From positions 3,755,189 to 3,819,188 of the forward strand of contig CP070751.1 in the NCBI GenBank assembly GCA_020348445.1: a stretch of DNA of 64,000 nucleotides, given 5' to 3'. Shown here piece by piece: positions 17,163 to 27,311 of the stretch. Under the pieces are notes generated by a model. That model was not told the DNA's origin, ran no database searches, and was given only the letters and a program-made list of their open reading frames with translations. A program made the translations under genes and the position numbers. Origin of the DNA: Thermoplasmata archaeon. GTDB lineage: Archaea; Thermoplasmatota; Thermoplasmata; GCA-020350865. Position 1 is the first letter of the stretch. Each line of letters starts with the position of its first letter.

Positions 17163-18227
17163 TCAGCATATCCTTGGAACAGGGTCCCCAATAGGCATAT
17201 CCACTATTCTCTTCCCGCCTACCGAGGTATTTAAAATAACTATTTCCTCACCTTTTTTTACTTCACCAATTATTGAAGCATCCTTACCCTCTTGAGTTTT
17301 TTTCAAAACCTCCACAACGTCCTCGGCCTTCTCAGAAACCACCGCCATCACGGCTTTCCCCTCATTTGCTATGTTCAGCACCTCGATTCCCAGCATCTCA
17401 CATGCTGCAATAACAGGTTCTTTAATTGGTATATCATTTTCGTTGATATCTATGTTCACCTTGGATTTTTGGCTCCATTCATTCAGGGTATTGGCAAGTC
17501 CACCTCTTGTTGGATCTTTCATGGCAACGATGCCACCCACCTCCAAAGCCTTGGATATCATAAAGTTGAGTGGACATGAATCGCTCTCTAACTTGGTTTC
17601 ATAACCATAACCTTCCCTTGTTGAGAGGACGGTAATGCCATGATCCCCGATACTTCCAGATATGATGATCTTATCCCCCTCTCTAAGATTAGAATCAAGG
17701 AGCCATTTTCCCTCAAACTCCCGAAACTTCTTTACCTCTTCTATATTGGAATCCAAATGTCGCGACCTTTTTCCAATGCCTGAGGTATTTATGCATATCT
17801 TATCCAAAGCTCCCTTCTCCATGACTTTTGTATCTCCAGTAATTATTGGGATACCTGTCTCCTTTGAGACTTTTCCCACACTATCAAGTATCTTATCAAG
17901 ATCAGAAATTAAAAGTCCCTCTTCAAGAATCAGGCCTAGGGATAGAGCAAGAGGTTGTGCACCCATGACTGATATATCGTTAATGGTGCCTGAAACAGCC
18001 AAATGGCCGATATCCCCTCCTGGAAAAAAGATGGGCTTTACAACGTAAGAGTCGGTGGTAAAGATGATCCCCTCGATAATTCCAGCATCTTCCAAATCCT
18101 CGAGGGGAATTTCAATATCCCCATCTGATTTTACACCTGAAACCCGGTTTAAAATATTCTTTGCAATCAACTTCTGCATCACGGCCCCGCCGGCACCATG
18201 GGACAGTGTTATACGGTCTTCACCCAT
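17163..18227 (-). CDS. hypE: Hydrogenase expression/formation protein HypE
   Basis: AIR-synthase-related fold with the N-terminal GAGG motif. The C-terminus ends with the conserved PRIC motif (...DPVPRIC). Confidence 0.9.
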   Translation of the reverse strand: MGEDRITLSHGAGGAVMQKLIAKNILNRVSGVKSDGDIEIPLEDLEDAGIIEGIIFTTDSYVVKPIFFPGGDIGHLAVSGTINDISVMGAQPLALSLGLILEEGLLISDLDKILDSVGKVSKETGIPIITGDTKVMEKGALDKICINTSGIGKRSRHLDSNIEEVKKFREFEGKWLLDSNLREGDKIIISGSIGDHGITVLSTREGYGYETKLESDSCPLNFMISKALEVGGIVAMKDPTRGGLANTLNEWSQKSKVNIDINENDIPIKEPVIAACEMLGIEVLNIANEGKAVMAVVSEKAEDVVEVLKKTQEGKDASIIGEVKKGEEIVILNTSVGGKRIVDMPIGDPVPRIC

Positions 18228-18297
18228 TTAAACCACTCGCATAAAGGATTTTTATGTTCTTTGCCCAATGGAAGAAAAGGTAAGAAGAAATTAGGAA

Positions 18298-18558
18298 CTA
18301 AGCTGGTGGGGCTTCTCCCTCAACCACGACCTCGGTTACCACCCTTCGGGTATACACGTGAGGCTTTCCCCCTTCATCCTCGATTATCATTGCCTCGAAA
18401 TTATCTTTTTTATATGCCTCTTCCGCTTTTTTTGCGTGTTCCATACCCTCGTAATCTTCTCCGTCCCACATGAATTTCTTTCCGTCTATGATTTTGAAGC
18501 TGTCGGGCATTACTCTCATCCCCCAGTTGAATTTTCGGCCGTGTATTATCTTCATCAT
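18298..18558 (-). CDS. Small acidic hypothetical protein
   Basis: 86-aa ORF between hypE and the maturation protease. No recognised motif. Confidence 0.35.
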   Translation of the reverse strand: MMKIIHGRKFNWGMRVMPDSFKIIDGKKFMWDGEDYEGMEHAKKAEEAYKKDNFEAMIIEDEGGKPHVYTRRVVTEVVVEGEAPPA

Positions 18559-18591
18559 ATATCATTTTTGCTGACTTTTAAGTGTAAAATA

Positions 18592-19071
18592 TTAAAAGAA
18601 TTTTTCCTCGATTAATTTACACATCTCACCAACTTTTTCTTCCAAGGTTTTTGATAATCCGGGCTCAACCTCTTCTGGTATCTTCTCCACCTGACAAGAG
18701 AGTATCCTCACATCCACATTACAAAGATCCCTAAGCTCCCTTAAAAGATTGGATGTTGGCATTTGATGCATGGAGAAATCATCGATTTTATTCTCAGGAA
18801 GCTCCTCCAAATCGATTTCAAATATCTCTCCGTAAGGCCTTCCAAAATCCACTGCATCAACTATGATTATGGTATCGGGTCTTTGTTCGTCCAAGGTGAT
18901 GTTGAACAACAATTCCCTCACAGAAAGACCTGCATTGATCACATACACATTCTCTGGGATTTTGTAGTTCTTTTGAAGCTCCTCTACAACTGCAGACCCG
19001 AAACCATCATCTCCAAATAGGATGTTTCCGCACCCAAAGATCACTATAGATTTTCCCTTGTATTCTGGCAT
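18592..19071 (-). CDS. Hydrogenase maturation endopeptidase (HycI/HyaD/FrhD family)
   Basis: SIVIFGCGNILFGDDGFGSAVVEEL matches the (G)IGN.L..DDG.G signature. Likely start at MPEYKG. Confidence 0.85.
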   Translation of the reverse strand: MPEYKGKSIVIFGCGNILFGDDGFGSAVVEELQKNYKIPENVYVINAGLSVRELLFNITLDEQRPDTIIIVDAVDFGRPYGEIFEIDLEELPENKIDDFSMHQMPTSNLLRELRDLCNVDVRILSCQVEKIPEEVEPGLSKTLEEKVGEMCKLIEEKFF

Positions 19072-19275
19072 ATCATCCAAATAAGGAACCTCCCAGCTCC
19101 GACACATCTGTACTTCTAATAAAGTTTATGGTCGATTCAAGGATTTTTATAGGTTTCTATTTTCCCCCGTTCTGAAGGATAACAAACATAATAAAGCCAT
19201 AATGAAACGATTTCAGTTAGTTTATCAAATATTTATACCATATTTCGTCAGTAATATATCGGTATGCGTAGTAGC

Positions 19276-19284
19276 TTTTATATA
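19276..19284 (+). promoter_or_regulatory. Putative TATA box (TTTTATATA) upstream of mvhGA
   Basis: ~45 nt upstream of the mvhG ATG, with the GGAAGGAGGGAG RBS in between. Confidence 0.3.
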
Positions 19285-19324
19285 CTTTCAAGCTATACCC
19301 ATTCCTACCTTCGGAAGGAGGGAG

Positions 19325-20278
19325 ATGATGGTAAAAGTAGCAGAAGAATGGCTAAACATTTGTGGCGGTTGTGAAGTGACTGTTTTGGACATCGGCGAAC
19401 CCTTGCTGGATTTGCTTCCATCCTTGGATTTCGTTCACATACCAGTGCTCATGGACCATAAGTACTTTGGACAGACTGGTGAGGATGATCCCAATGTGAT
19501 ACAGATTCCAGAGGCAGACGTAGGGATTATCTCCGGCGGCATTAGAAATGAGAAGGAAAAGCATGTTGCCGAAGCCATGCGTAAAAGCTGTAAGACCTTG
19601 ATTGCTCTGGGCTCTTGTGCATGCTTTGGTGGTATCCCTGCATTGGCAAACATGTATACCTTAGATGATCTGACCAACAAAGTGTACAGAGAATCAATGA
19701 CTACTGAGTCAGCTGATACCCCCTCGGACAACTTACCTCCTCTTTTAGACAGGGTTTATGCAGTGGACGAAGTCGTAAAAGTGGACCTTCAAATCCCAGG
19801 GTGTCCAACAAATCCGGGACTTCTCGTTGAAGCTTTGACTGCGCTTTTAGAGGGTAAACCCTTCACTTTGCCAGAAAGGAGCGTATGCGATGATTGCCCT
19901 GTAAAAAGGGAGAAGAAGGCTGAAGTGGCAATAAAACGGCCCTTGCAGGATGCACAGTTCACCCCAGGTCAGTACGAGAGCATGAGATGCTTTAACGAAC
20001 AGGGAATACTATGCTTAGGTCCAGTGACAAAATCAGGATGCGGCAAGCCCTACGAAGAAGGGGATGCCATGGTTCCACGCTGTGTCAAGGGTTACATGCC
20101 CTGTAGAGGTTGCTTCGGACCCATAAGAAAAGGCGCAAATCCACTTGTGGATATGATGAGCGCAATGTCAAGCATTGGTTTGGATGCCAAACAGGTAGAT
20201 GACAGACGAGCACTCCTAAACAGATATATTGGAGGACAGAAGAGATTAAGGCCCTTACCTGCGAGGCCACCGAGGTGA
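19325..20278 (+). CDS. mvhG: [NiFe] hydrogenase small subunit, F420-non-reducing (MvhG-like)
   Basis: N-terminal CGGCEVTVLD Cys motif of hydrogenase small subunits. Additional Cys clusters (GSCACFGG, CPTNPG, CDDCPVKRE, CLGPVTKSGCG). A strong RBS precedes ATGATG at 19325. Confidence 0.85.
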   Translation: MMVKVAEEWLNICGGCEVTVLDIGEPLLDLLPSLDFVHIPVLMDHKYFGQTGEDDPNVIQIPEADVGIISGGIRNEKEKHVAEAMRKSCKTLIALGSCACFGGIPALANMYTLDDLTNKVYRESMTTESADTPSDNLPPLLDRVYAVDEVVKVDLQIPGCPTNPGLLVEALTALLEGKPFTLPERSVCDDCPVKREKKAEVAIKRPLQDAQFTPGQYESMRCFNEQGILCLGPVTKSGCGKPYEEGDAMVPRCVKGYMPCRGCFGPIRKGANPLVDMMSAMSSIGLDAKQVDDRRALLNRYIGGQKRLRPLPARPPR

Positions 20279-20283
20279 TATGA

Positions 20284-21729
20284 ATGGGAAAAACACTAAC
20301 AATAGCACCGGTTTCAAGACTTGAAGGACACGCAAAAGTGACCATAAATTTGGATGATGCAGGCAATGTTGCAGACACCTTCGTAAATGTGGTGGAATTA
20401 AGAGGATTCGAGAAGTTCTGCATTGGAAGACCAGTGGAGGAGCTGCCCAGAATAACCACCAGTATATGCGGTGTCTGCCCGTGGTCCCATCATCTTGCCT
20501 CGGCAAAGGCAAATGATGCGGTATTCGGGGTTCAGCCACCACCTGCAGGCGCGAAACTAAGAGACCTTTGCAACAGTATAGCCTATACAGAAGAGCATAT
20601 CCTGCACTTCTATTTCCTGGCAGGTGCGGACTTTGTCATGGGCCCGTCAGCTGCATATGCGGTAAGGAATGTGATAGGCATTGCAGGGCAACATCCAGAT
20701 ATCGCGAAGACGGTGGTTCGTAATCGTCATCTTGGGGCAAGGATGCTTGAGATTATCTCGGGCAAGGCTATACATCCAGTAACTGCCGTGCCTGGAGGTT
20801 ATAGCAAACCGCTCACCGAGGATGAGAGACAGAAAGTGCTACCCATGGCGGAAGAGGTACTGGAATTTGCCAAGTTCACAATCAAGTATGCAAAGGAGAA
20901 CATCTTCCCCAAGTACTTGGATACAGTGAAAACATTGGGTGTGATCAAAACCGGTTTTCTGGGTACCATTGCCGAGGACGGTTCTTTGAACTGTTATGAT
21001 GGAAAACTACGCATGATGAAACCTGACGGTAGCTACGAGGACTTCACTTACGAGGAGTACACAGATCATATTGGCGAGAAGGTTCTTCCCTGGAGCTACC
21101 TGAAATTCCCGTATGCTAAAAAATGGGGTGAAGGCTTCGACATGAATCTGGAAGCTCCAAAGGGTATCTATCGAACCAATACGTTGGCAAGAATAAACGT
21201 AGCAGACAAGATGGCAACACCACTGGCACAGGAAGAATTCACAGAATTTAGGAACCAGTTCGGAAGACCAGCCCAATTGACCCTACTCTATCACTGGGCC
21301 AGGCTCATTGAGCTACTGTATCATGCAGAGCACATGGTAGAGCTACTAAACGACCCAGAGATTACAAGCACTGAAACAAGAGTTGCGGTCACTCCAAGAG
21401 CTGCAAGAGGTATAGGTTGCACTGAGGCACCAAGAGGAACACTCATCCATGATTACGAGACTGACGAAAAGGGTATGATAAAGAACGTGAACCTTATCGT
21501 CGGTACAACCCACAACAACGCACCGATAAACATGTCAGTGAAACAAGCAGCTACAACCCTGATAAAGGGCGGTGCTTACGACGAGGGCATACTGAATCAG
21601 GTGGAAATGAGCATAAGGGCTTATGACCCGTGTCTCTCGTGCGCCACCCACAACCTTGACGGCACCATACCAGTAAAACTGGATATAATCGACCACAAGG
21701 GAAAACTCATAAAAACCTTTAAAAACTAA
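20284..21729 (+). CDS. mvhA: [NiFe] hydrogenase large subunit (MvhA-like)
   Basis: N-terminal RLEGHAKV (R.EGH L1 motif). CGVCP motif. C-terminal DPCLSCATH Ni-binding motif. The start lies 6 nt after the mvhG stop. Confidence 0.9.
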   Translation: MGKTLTIAPVSRLEGHAKVTINLDDAGNVADTFVNVVELRGFEKFCIGRPVEELPRITTSICGVCPWSHHLASAKANDAVFGVQPPPAGAKLRDLCNSIAYTEEHILHFYFLAGADFVMGPSAAYAVRNVIGIAGQHPDIAKTVVRNRHLGARMLEIISGKAIHPVTAVPGGYSKPLTEDERQKVLPMAEEVLEFAKFTIKYAKENIFPKYLDTVKTLGVIKTGFLGTIAEDGSLNCYDGKLRMMKPDGSYEDFTYEEYTDHIGEKVLPWSYLKFPYAKKWGEGFDMNLEAPKGIYRTNTLARINVADKMATPLAQEEFTEFRNQFGRPAQLTLLYHWARLIELLYHAEHMVELLNDPEITSTETRVAVTPRAARGIGCTEAPRGTLIHDYETDEKGMIKNVNLIVGTTHNNAPINMSVKQAATTLIKGGAYDEGILNQVEMSIRAYDPCLSCATHNLDGTIPVKLDIIDHKGKLIKTFKN

Positions 21730-21737
21730 ACTCCAAT

Positions 21738-21760
21738 CTTTTTTCTTTTTTTTATTTTTC
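21738..21760 (+). terminator. T-rich tract after mvhA (archaeal oligo-T terminator)
   Basis: tcttttttcttttttttatttttc follows the mvhA stop. Confidence 0.35.
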
Positions 21761-21776
21761 TCTAATTATACCCTAT

Positions 21777-22202
21777 TTAGGAGGCTATATCAACGATCTT
21801 TACTTTAAAGTTCAAAACCTTTCCTGCTAATGGATGGTTTATATCCACAGTTATCCATTGCTCTGTTACATCCAATATCTTCACAGGTATCTGCATACCC
21901 GCGGGTAGGGTGGTAATCAGAATCATTCCCGGCCTGATATGTTCTGGAACCCGCTCTCTTGGAGCTTTTAGAATTAACTGAGGATTATGTTCACCATATG
22001 CATCCTCTGGTTTTATTTTGAATTCCTTTTCTTCCCCATTTTCCATTCCTATCACGGCTTTTTCAAAGCCAGGTAGCATATACCCTATACCAACTTCAAA
22101 TTCCAATGGTTCTCCATTTATTTTGGAGCTATCAAATACAACTCCATCATCGAACCTTCCTTCAAATTCGACCCTGATAATATCTCCTTTTTTAATGGAC
22201 AT
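21777..22202 (-). CDS. FKBP-type peptidyl-prolyl cis-trans isomerase (SlyD-like, with IF insert)
   Basis: GDIIRVEFEGRFDDGVVFDSS..EPLEFEVGIGYMLPGFEKAVIGM..GEEKEF is the classical FKBP core. 141 aa. Confidence 0.85.
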   Translation of the reverse strand: MSIKKGDIIRVEFEGRFDDGVVFDSSKINGEPLEFEVGIGYMLPGFEKAVIGMENGEEKEFKIKPEDAYGEHNPQLILKAPRERVPEHIRPGMILITTLPAGMQIPVKILDVTEQWITVDINHPLAGKVLNFKVKIVDIAS

Positions 22203-22464
22203 TTTACCGACTCCTTAAGGGTAAAAATGGAAAATACCCTTTTTTCAACATCAGTTACTGTTTTCATTTGATGTTATATAATTATTTGTTCCCCATTTCC
22301 ATTTTCGAATATCAATTTTAAAAATATCATTGGAATCATGAGATTATAAGTGAAAATTTTAAAAACCTTCAAAAACCAAATCCAAACCTTATTTTTTTTA
22401 AATCTTTATCTATCTTGAAGTAAAGATTCTATTGATTTAAATCGTATATTCGGTCAAAAGAAAA

Positions 22465-22890
22465 TTAAGACGAAATATCCACAACCTTGATTTTAAAGTT
22501 CAGGCTCTCTCCTGCCAAAGGATGATTCATATCTATTGTTACCATTTCCTCTGTTACTTCTGATACCCGAACTGGCATCTGCAGGCCATTTGGAAGGGCC
22601 ACAACCAACATCATCCCGCAAACCACACCGGGTGGCACTTGGTCTTTTGGGACCTTCTGGACAAGCTGAGGATTTCTGTCGCCGTACGCTTCGGACGGCC
22701 CAAGCTTGAATTCCTTTTCCTCCCCAGTTTCCATTCCAATTACAGCATTTTCAAAACCAGGGATTATTTGCCCCGTCCCCACCTCAAATTCTAAAGGTTC
22801 GCCGTGTTTTTTGGAACTATCAAATACGGTTCCATCGTCCAAGGTCCCTTCATATTCCACTTTTACTTTATCCCCATTTTTTACTGGCAT
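22465..22890 (-). CDS. FKBP-type peptidyl-prolyl cis-trans isomerase (SlyD-like), tandem paralog
   Basis: ~65-70% identical to the neighbouring FKBP (GDKVKVEYEGTLDDGTVFDSS..EPLEFEVGTGQIIPGFENAVIGM). Probable start MPVKNG. Confidence 0.85.
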   Translation of the reverse strand: MPVKNGDKVKVEYEGTLDDGTVFDSSKKHGEPLEFEVGTGQIIPGFENAVIGMETGEEKEFKLGPSEAYGDRNPQLVQKVPKDQVPPGVVCGMMLVVALPNGLQMPVRVSEVTEEMVTIDMNHPLAGESLNFKIKVVDISS

Positions 22891-23058
22891 AAAGTCATCT
22901 CCATAATCGCAAAACAAGTAAAAAACCAATTTTACGATCTTTTAGACCTACAGGTTAATTTTATTTAAGCCTTTGGTTACAATTATCGGCCAGGGGAAAA
23001 ATAGGAATAATCTGTCTATAATCCGGTAATTAGCCTGGAGTTCTATATAAAGTGACTT

Positions 23059-23505
23059 TCAGTACATCTTATACGGGCTCGGTCCCAGAGATTTAATGGT
23101 ATCAGTGAAATCCTTCATCAGCTCAGCAAATCTCTGTCCCTCGGAGGCAGATACCCATTCCAGGCGGTATCGCTCGGGCTCGATTCCAAGGTCCTCTAAC
23201 ATTAGAAAGAGGGCATCTGCCCTTTTTTCTGCCTTAAGGTTACCCTCTAGGTAATGGCAATCCCCTGGGTGGCAGCCGCACATGAGCACTCCGTCGGCAC
23301 CTTTTGAGAGTGCATCGATAACAAGGTTTGGATGCACCATGCCAGAGCACATTACACGAATTATACGTATATTGTGGGGGTATTGCAGTCTAGAAGTACC
23401 TGCCAAATCAGCCCCTGTATATGAACACCAATTGCAGCATATTGCCAGTATTAACGGCTCGAATTCCTCTTCTTGCGTTACACCCTCAGCAGCCCCTTCT
23501 TCCAT
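23059..23505 (-). CDS. mvhD: MvhD-type [2Fe-2S] subunit (methyl-viologen-reducing hydrogenase delta subunit family), short form
   Basis: FEPLILAICCNWCSYTGADLAG..IRIIRVMCSG..GCHPGDCHY is the MvhD signature. Translationally coupled to the upstream hdrA. Confidence 0.85.
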   Translation of the reverse strand: MEEGAAEGVTQEEEFEPLILAICCNWCSYTGADLAGTSRLQYPHNIRIIRVMCSGMVHPNLVIDALSKGADGVLMCGCHPGDCHYLEGNLKAEKRADALFLMLEDLGIEPERYRLEWVSASEGQRFAELMKDFTDTIKSLGPSPYKMY

Positions 23506-26500
23506 TTATACCACCTCCAGTGCAGCTCCAATCATTGCAGATATTTGATCCAGTGTAAAACCTTTGACCATAACGCCCCTCTTCGGGCATGTGGCCATGC
23601 ACACACCGCAGCCCTTACAAGCAGCCTCGTTTCGCTCCACAGTCTTCTTCACATTTCCGTTTCTCATGTACTCTATCAACGTCAGAGCATTGAATGGGCA
23701 GGGATCAATACAATATGCACATCCATCACAGTTTTCGTCGATGATCTCCGATATCGTTGGCTCAAGCTCCATGATCTCATCAGAAAGAATCGTGCATGCC
23801 CTGGATACAGCTCCACAAGCCTGGGATATACTCTCATCAATGAATTTTGGGCTGTGTGCCAGGCCACATAAAAACACCCCTTCGGTTGCGAAGTCCACGG
23901 GCCGAAGTTTCATATGGGCCTCCAGGAAGAACTTGTCCTTTGAGAGCGGGATCTTGAGCATCTTAGCCAATTCTTCATTATCTGGCTGCGGCAAAGTGGC
24001 TGCTGAAAGCACCACATATTCTGGTTTTATTTTGATATGCTCTCCTAGGATCGGATCGTTTATAGATACTACCAGATCATCGCCTTCTTTGGTAACCTCA
24101 GGTTTGTTTTCGTCATCGTACCTAATGAACCTCACTCCCTTGTCAGCAGCTTCCCTGTAGTAGTCCTCCCTGAAACCATAAGATCTGATGTCCTTGTAGA
24201 GTACGATTATTTGAGCATCTGGATTCTTTTCCTTGATCTTCAAGGCATTTTTAATGGCATCTGCACAGCATATCCTGCTGCAGTAAGGTCTTTCCTCTAT
24301 CCTTGAGCCAACGCATTGGATCATTACAACACTGTTTGGTTTGATTTCATCCTTAGCAAGTTTCCCCTCAAGGTCCATTTGGGTAAGAACGCGGCTATCT
24401 TCCCTGTATAAATATTCAGTAGGTTTGTATTCTTGACCTCCTGTAGCTACAATAACAACTCCATGCTCGATTTTTGTGTCATCGGAAAGTTCGGTTGTGA
24501 AGCTGCCCATGAATCCTTCTATGCTTTTTACAGTGGTTTCAAGATGTAACTTTATTTTATCGTCATTTTTAACCTTCTCGATAATCTCCTTTAACATCTT
24601 CTGCGGATCCTCACCTTTCTCGCTTAACACATGGTAAATATTTCTGAGATTTCCCCCGAGCTCCTTCTCCCTTTCCACAAGATGAACTTCAAATCCCTGC
24701 TTTGCCATCTCAAGTGCTGCGGTCATGCCAGAAAGTCCACCACCTATGACAAGTCCAGATTGGAATACATTCAGTTCCAGTTTATACAATGGCTCAAGCA
24801 GTCTTGATTTTGCTACAGCCATTCTAACGAGGTCCTTTGCCTTTTTAGTAGCGTTATCAGCATCATGCATGTGCACCCATGAGCACTGGTCCCTGATATT
24901 TGCCATTTCAAAGAGATAGGGATTCAATCCACCTTCCTTTGTGGTGCTCCTGAAAAGAGGCTCATGGGTTCTTGGTGTGCATGATGCCACGATTACTCTG
25001 TTCAGGTTGTGCTCCACAATTTTCTCCTTGATTCCCTTTTGGGTGTCCTCGGAACAGGTATAGAGGTTGTGTTCGGCATGTTCAACATTTGGTAACGTTT
25101 TTGCATATTCCACGACATCTGGAACGTTCACCACACCACCGATGTTGATTCCACAGTGGCAGATAAAGACTCCGATTCTGGGATCCTCACCTAAAACATC
25201 CCTTTCTGGTGGGTACTCCTTGGGAGTGATCATCTTCCCTCTCTCAGAGGAGATAATGGATGATGCTTTGGCTGCTGCTCCACTTGCCTGGGCCACCGTA
25301 TCTGGGATGTCCTTGGGACCGTTGAAAACACCGCTCACATAAACTCCTTCCCTTGATGTTTCCAAGGGTGAGAAAACTCCAGTTGAGCAGAAGTCATACT
25401 TGTTCAAATCAATACCCAGTGTCTCTGCAAATTCCTTCACGTTTTCAGGGGGTCTGAAACCTGTGGATAAAACAACCATGTTGAATTCTTCTTCCTTAAC
25501 CTCCCCATCTTCTACATATTTGATTATGAGGTTGTTAGTTTCAGGTACCTCACGAACCTCGGCCACCCTGCATCGTGTGAACTTGATCTTGTGCTCCTCC
25601 TGGGCTCTCGTGTAGTAATCATCGAATTCCTTACCAAAGGCTCTCAGGTCCATGAAGAAAATATGGGATTTCAAGCCCTCTGAATGCTCCTGAGCAATTA
25701 TCGCCTCTTTCATTGCGAACATGCAACATACTGAGGAACAATATTCGCTTCCTGCTTGGCTGTCTCTGCTTCCCACGCATTGTAAGAACGCCACCTTTTC
25801 TGGAATGTCCCCGTCAGAAGGTCGCATCACTGTACCTGCGAAGGGTCCTGTTGCAGAAAGGAATCTTTCAAATTCCATACTCGATACTACATTCTTGTAT
25901 CTGCCGTAGCCATATTCGGTTTTCAGAGAAGGATCGAACATACTATATCCCGGGGATAAAACGATGGAACCCACATTCAAATCGAACTTCTGCTCCTCTT
26001 GGTCGTACTCCACTGCCTCGGCCTTGCATTCCTCCTGGCAGATGCCGCATCCTATGCATTTTTCCTTGTCTATCATGAATTTCAGAGGAACTGATTGAGG
26101 GTAACGAATAAAGGTCGCCCCCCTTCTAGTCAATCCCCAGTTGTACTCATCTATTGCTTCAACGGGACATTTTGCACCACAGACTCCGCATCCTGTACAT
26201 TTTTCTTCATTGATCCTCCTTGGCCTTCTTACGAGATTAACGTTGAAATTTCCTGCCTCACCTTCAATTGATTCGATCTCTGTGTTGCTGATGACCTCGA
26301 TATTATGATGTCTTCCCGTTCCCACGAGCTTTGGAGCCATGATGCACATGGCGCAGTCGTTTGTTGGAAAGGTTTTATCCAACTGGGACATCACACCTCC
26401 TATTGAGGGGAGCTTATCTATTAGATAAACCTTGAATCCTGCATCTGCAAGATCAAGTGATGATTGCATTCCGGAAATTCCACCCCCGACAACAAGAACC

Positions 26501-26523
26501 GCTCCCACCTTATCATTGCTCAT
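23506..26523 (-). CDS. hdrA: Heterodisulfide reductase subunit A-like flavoprotein, two-module long form (1005 aa)
   Basis: Module 1 has GGGISGMQSSLDLA (FAD GxGxxG), FPTNDCAMC, two CxxCxxCxxxCP ferredoxin motifs and CVGSRD..YCSSVCC. Module 2 has the HdrA N-domain Cys signature (VFICHCGINIGG, ASCTPRTHEPLF, IRDQCSWVH), a second GGGLSG FAD motif and C-terminal ferredoxin motifs. Confidence 0.9.
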   Translation of the reverse strand: MSNDKVGAVLVVGGGISGMQSSLDLADAGFKVYLIDKLPSIGGVMSQLDKTFPTNDCAMCIMAPKLVGTGRHHNIEVISNTEIESIEGEAGNFNVNLVRRPRRINEEKCTGCGVCGAKCPVEAIDEYNWGLTRRGATFIRYPQSVPLKFMIDKEKCIGCGICQEECKAEAVEYDQEEQKFDLNVGSIVLSPGYSMFDPSLKTEYGYGRYKNVVSSMEFERFLSATGPFAGTVMRPSDGDIPEKVAFLQCVGSRDSQAGSEYCSSVCCMFAMKEAIIAQEHSEGLKSHIFFMDLRAFGKEFDDYYTRAQEEHKIKFTRCRVAEVREVPETNNLIIKYVEDGEVKEEEFNMVVLSTGFRPPENVKEFAETLGIDLNKYDFCSTGVFSPLETSREGVYVSGVFNGPKDIPDTVAQASGAAAKASSIISSERGKMITPKEYPPERDVLGEDPRIGVFICHCGINIGGVVNVPDVVEYAKTLPNVEHAEHNLYTCSEDTQKGIKEKIVEHNLNRVIVASCTPRTHEPLFRSTTKEGGLNPYLFEMANIRDQCSWVHMHDADNATKKAKDLVRMAVAKSRLLEPLYKLELNVFQSGLVIGGGLSGMTAALEMAKQGFEVHLVEREKELGGNLRNIYHVLSEKGEDPQKMLKEIIEKVKNDDKIKLHLETTVKSIEGFMGSFTTELSDDTKIEHGVVIVATGGQEYKPTEYLYREDSRVLTQMDLEGKLAKDEIKPNSVVMIQCVGSRIEERPYCSRICCADAIKNALKIKEKNPDAQIIVLYKDIRSYGFREDYYREAADKGVRFIRYDDENKPEVTKEGDDLVVSINDPILGEHIKIKPEYVVLSAATLPQPDNEELAKMLKIPLSKDKFFLEAHMKLRPVDFATEGVFLCGLAHSPKFIDESISQACGAVSRACTILSDEIMELEPTISEIIDENCDGCAYCIDPCPFNALTLIEYMRNGNVKKTVERNEAACKGCGVCMATCPKRGVMVKGFTLDQISAMIGAALEVV

Positions 26524-27311
26524 GCTTTCACCTCCGGTACAATGGAGATGTATTTGGGTGTAAATCCTTCGATTGAGTCCAGTGCAAGCTGATTTCTCTT
26601 TCTAAGAAAGACCACATGATCCAGAATTCTGTCTGTAGGAAGATCAATCTCAGAGGCGAGCTCCTTTACTGACATTGGTTTTTCGGTAATTAGGCCAAGT
26701 AGTCTCTTCCTTTCAAACTCGGCCTCGATGGCGTCCTCCATAAACTCGTCCCACTCCTCCTGACTCTTGGTTTCATTATATACATTACCCTGTTCCACTA
26801 TCTTTCTCTCTTTTGAAACAATGGCTCTGAGTCTGAAATCCAGTGCTGCGAGCTTGGCCGCATTTATATTGGCCATTAGTTTCTCATCCGGTTTCTCTCC
26901 AGATAACGGGCTCGGCCCCAATTCCTGAATTTGCTTGGGAAATTCTCTCATGAGTATAGCAAATCTTTCACCTTCTGATGCTGCAACCCATTCCATTCTG
27001 AGCCTTTCAGGCTCCAATCCAGCTTTCTTAACAAGCTGTCTCGTCATCTTTATCTTTCTTTCAGCCTGGTAGTTGCCCTCAAGGTAATGGCAGTCTCCAG
27101 GGTGGCATCCACCTATAAACACACCATCCACACCCTGGGTAAAGGCTTCGAGGACGATATAGGGATCGATTCTTCCTGAACACATGACTCTGATGATCCT
27201 GATGTTTGGAGGATACTGGAATCTGGAAACACCTGCCAAATCGGCTCCTGCATATGAACACCAGTTGCATAAGAAGCCAACAATTTTCGGTTCAAATTCA
27301 GTCTCAGCCAT
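26520..27311 (-). CDS. mvhD: MvhD-type [2Fe-2S] protein with C-terminal winged-helix-like extension (263 aa)
   Basis: N-terminal MvhD core (FEPKIVGFLCNWCSYAGADLAG..GCHPGDCHY). The C-terminal ~70 aa is SVKELASEIDLPTDRILDHVVFLRKRNQLALDSIEGFTPKY, a helix-turn-helix plus wing pattern. Confidence 0.8.
   Translation of the reverse strand: MAETEFEPKIVGFLCNWCSYAGADLAGVSRFQYPPNIRIIRVMCSGRIDPYIVLEAFTQGVDGVFIGGCHPGDCHYLEGNYQAERKIKMTRQLVKKAGLEPERLRMEWVAASEGERFAILMREFPKQIQELGPSPLSGEKPDEKLMANINAAKLAALDFRLRAIVSKERKIVEQGNVYNETKSQEEWDEFMEDAIEAEFERKRLLGLITEKPMSVKELASEIDLPTDRILDHVVFLRKRNQLALDSIEGFTPKYISIVPEVKA

Noticed and set aside
23564-24160. Numerous 60-200 aa plus-strand ORFs inside the hdrA/mvhD genes (e.g. 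23564..24160, 25713..26078, 28936..29415, 36894..37439, 38043..38549, 53870..54259)
   Set aside because: They are antisense to long, motif-rich HdrA coding sequence. Their translations are low-complexity Ser/Pro/Leu-rich strings typical of reverse-frame artefacts, and none carries a recognisable motif.
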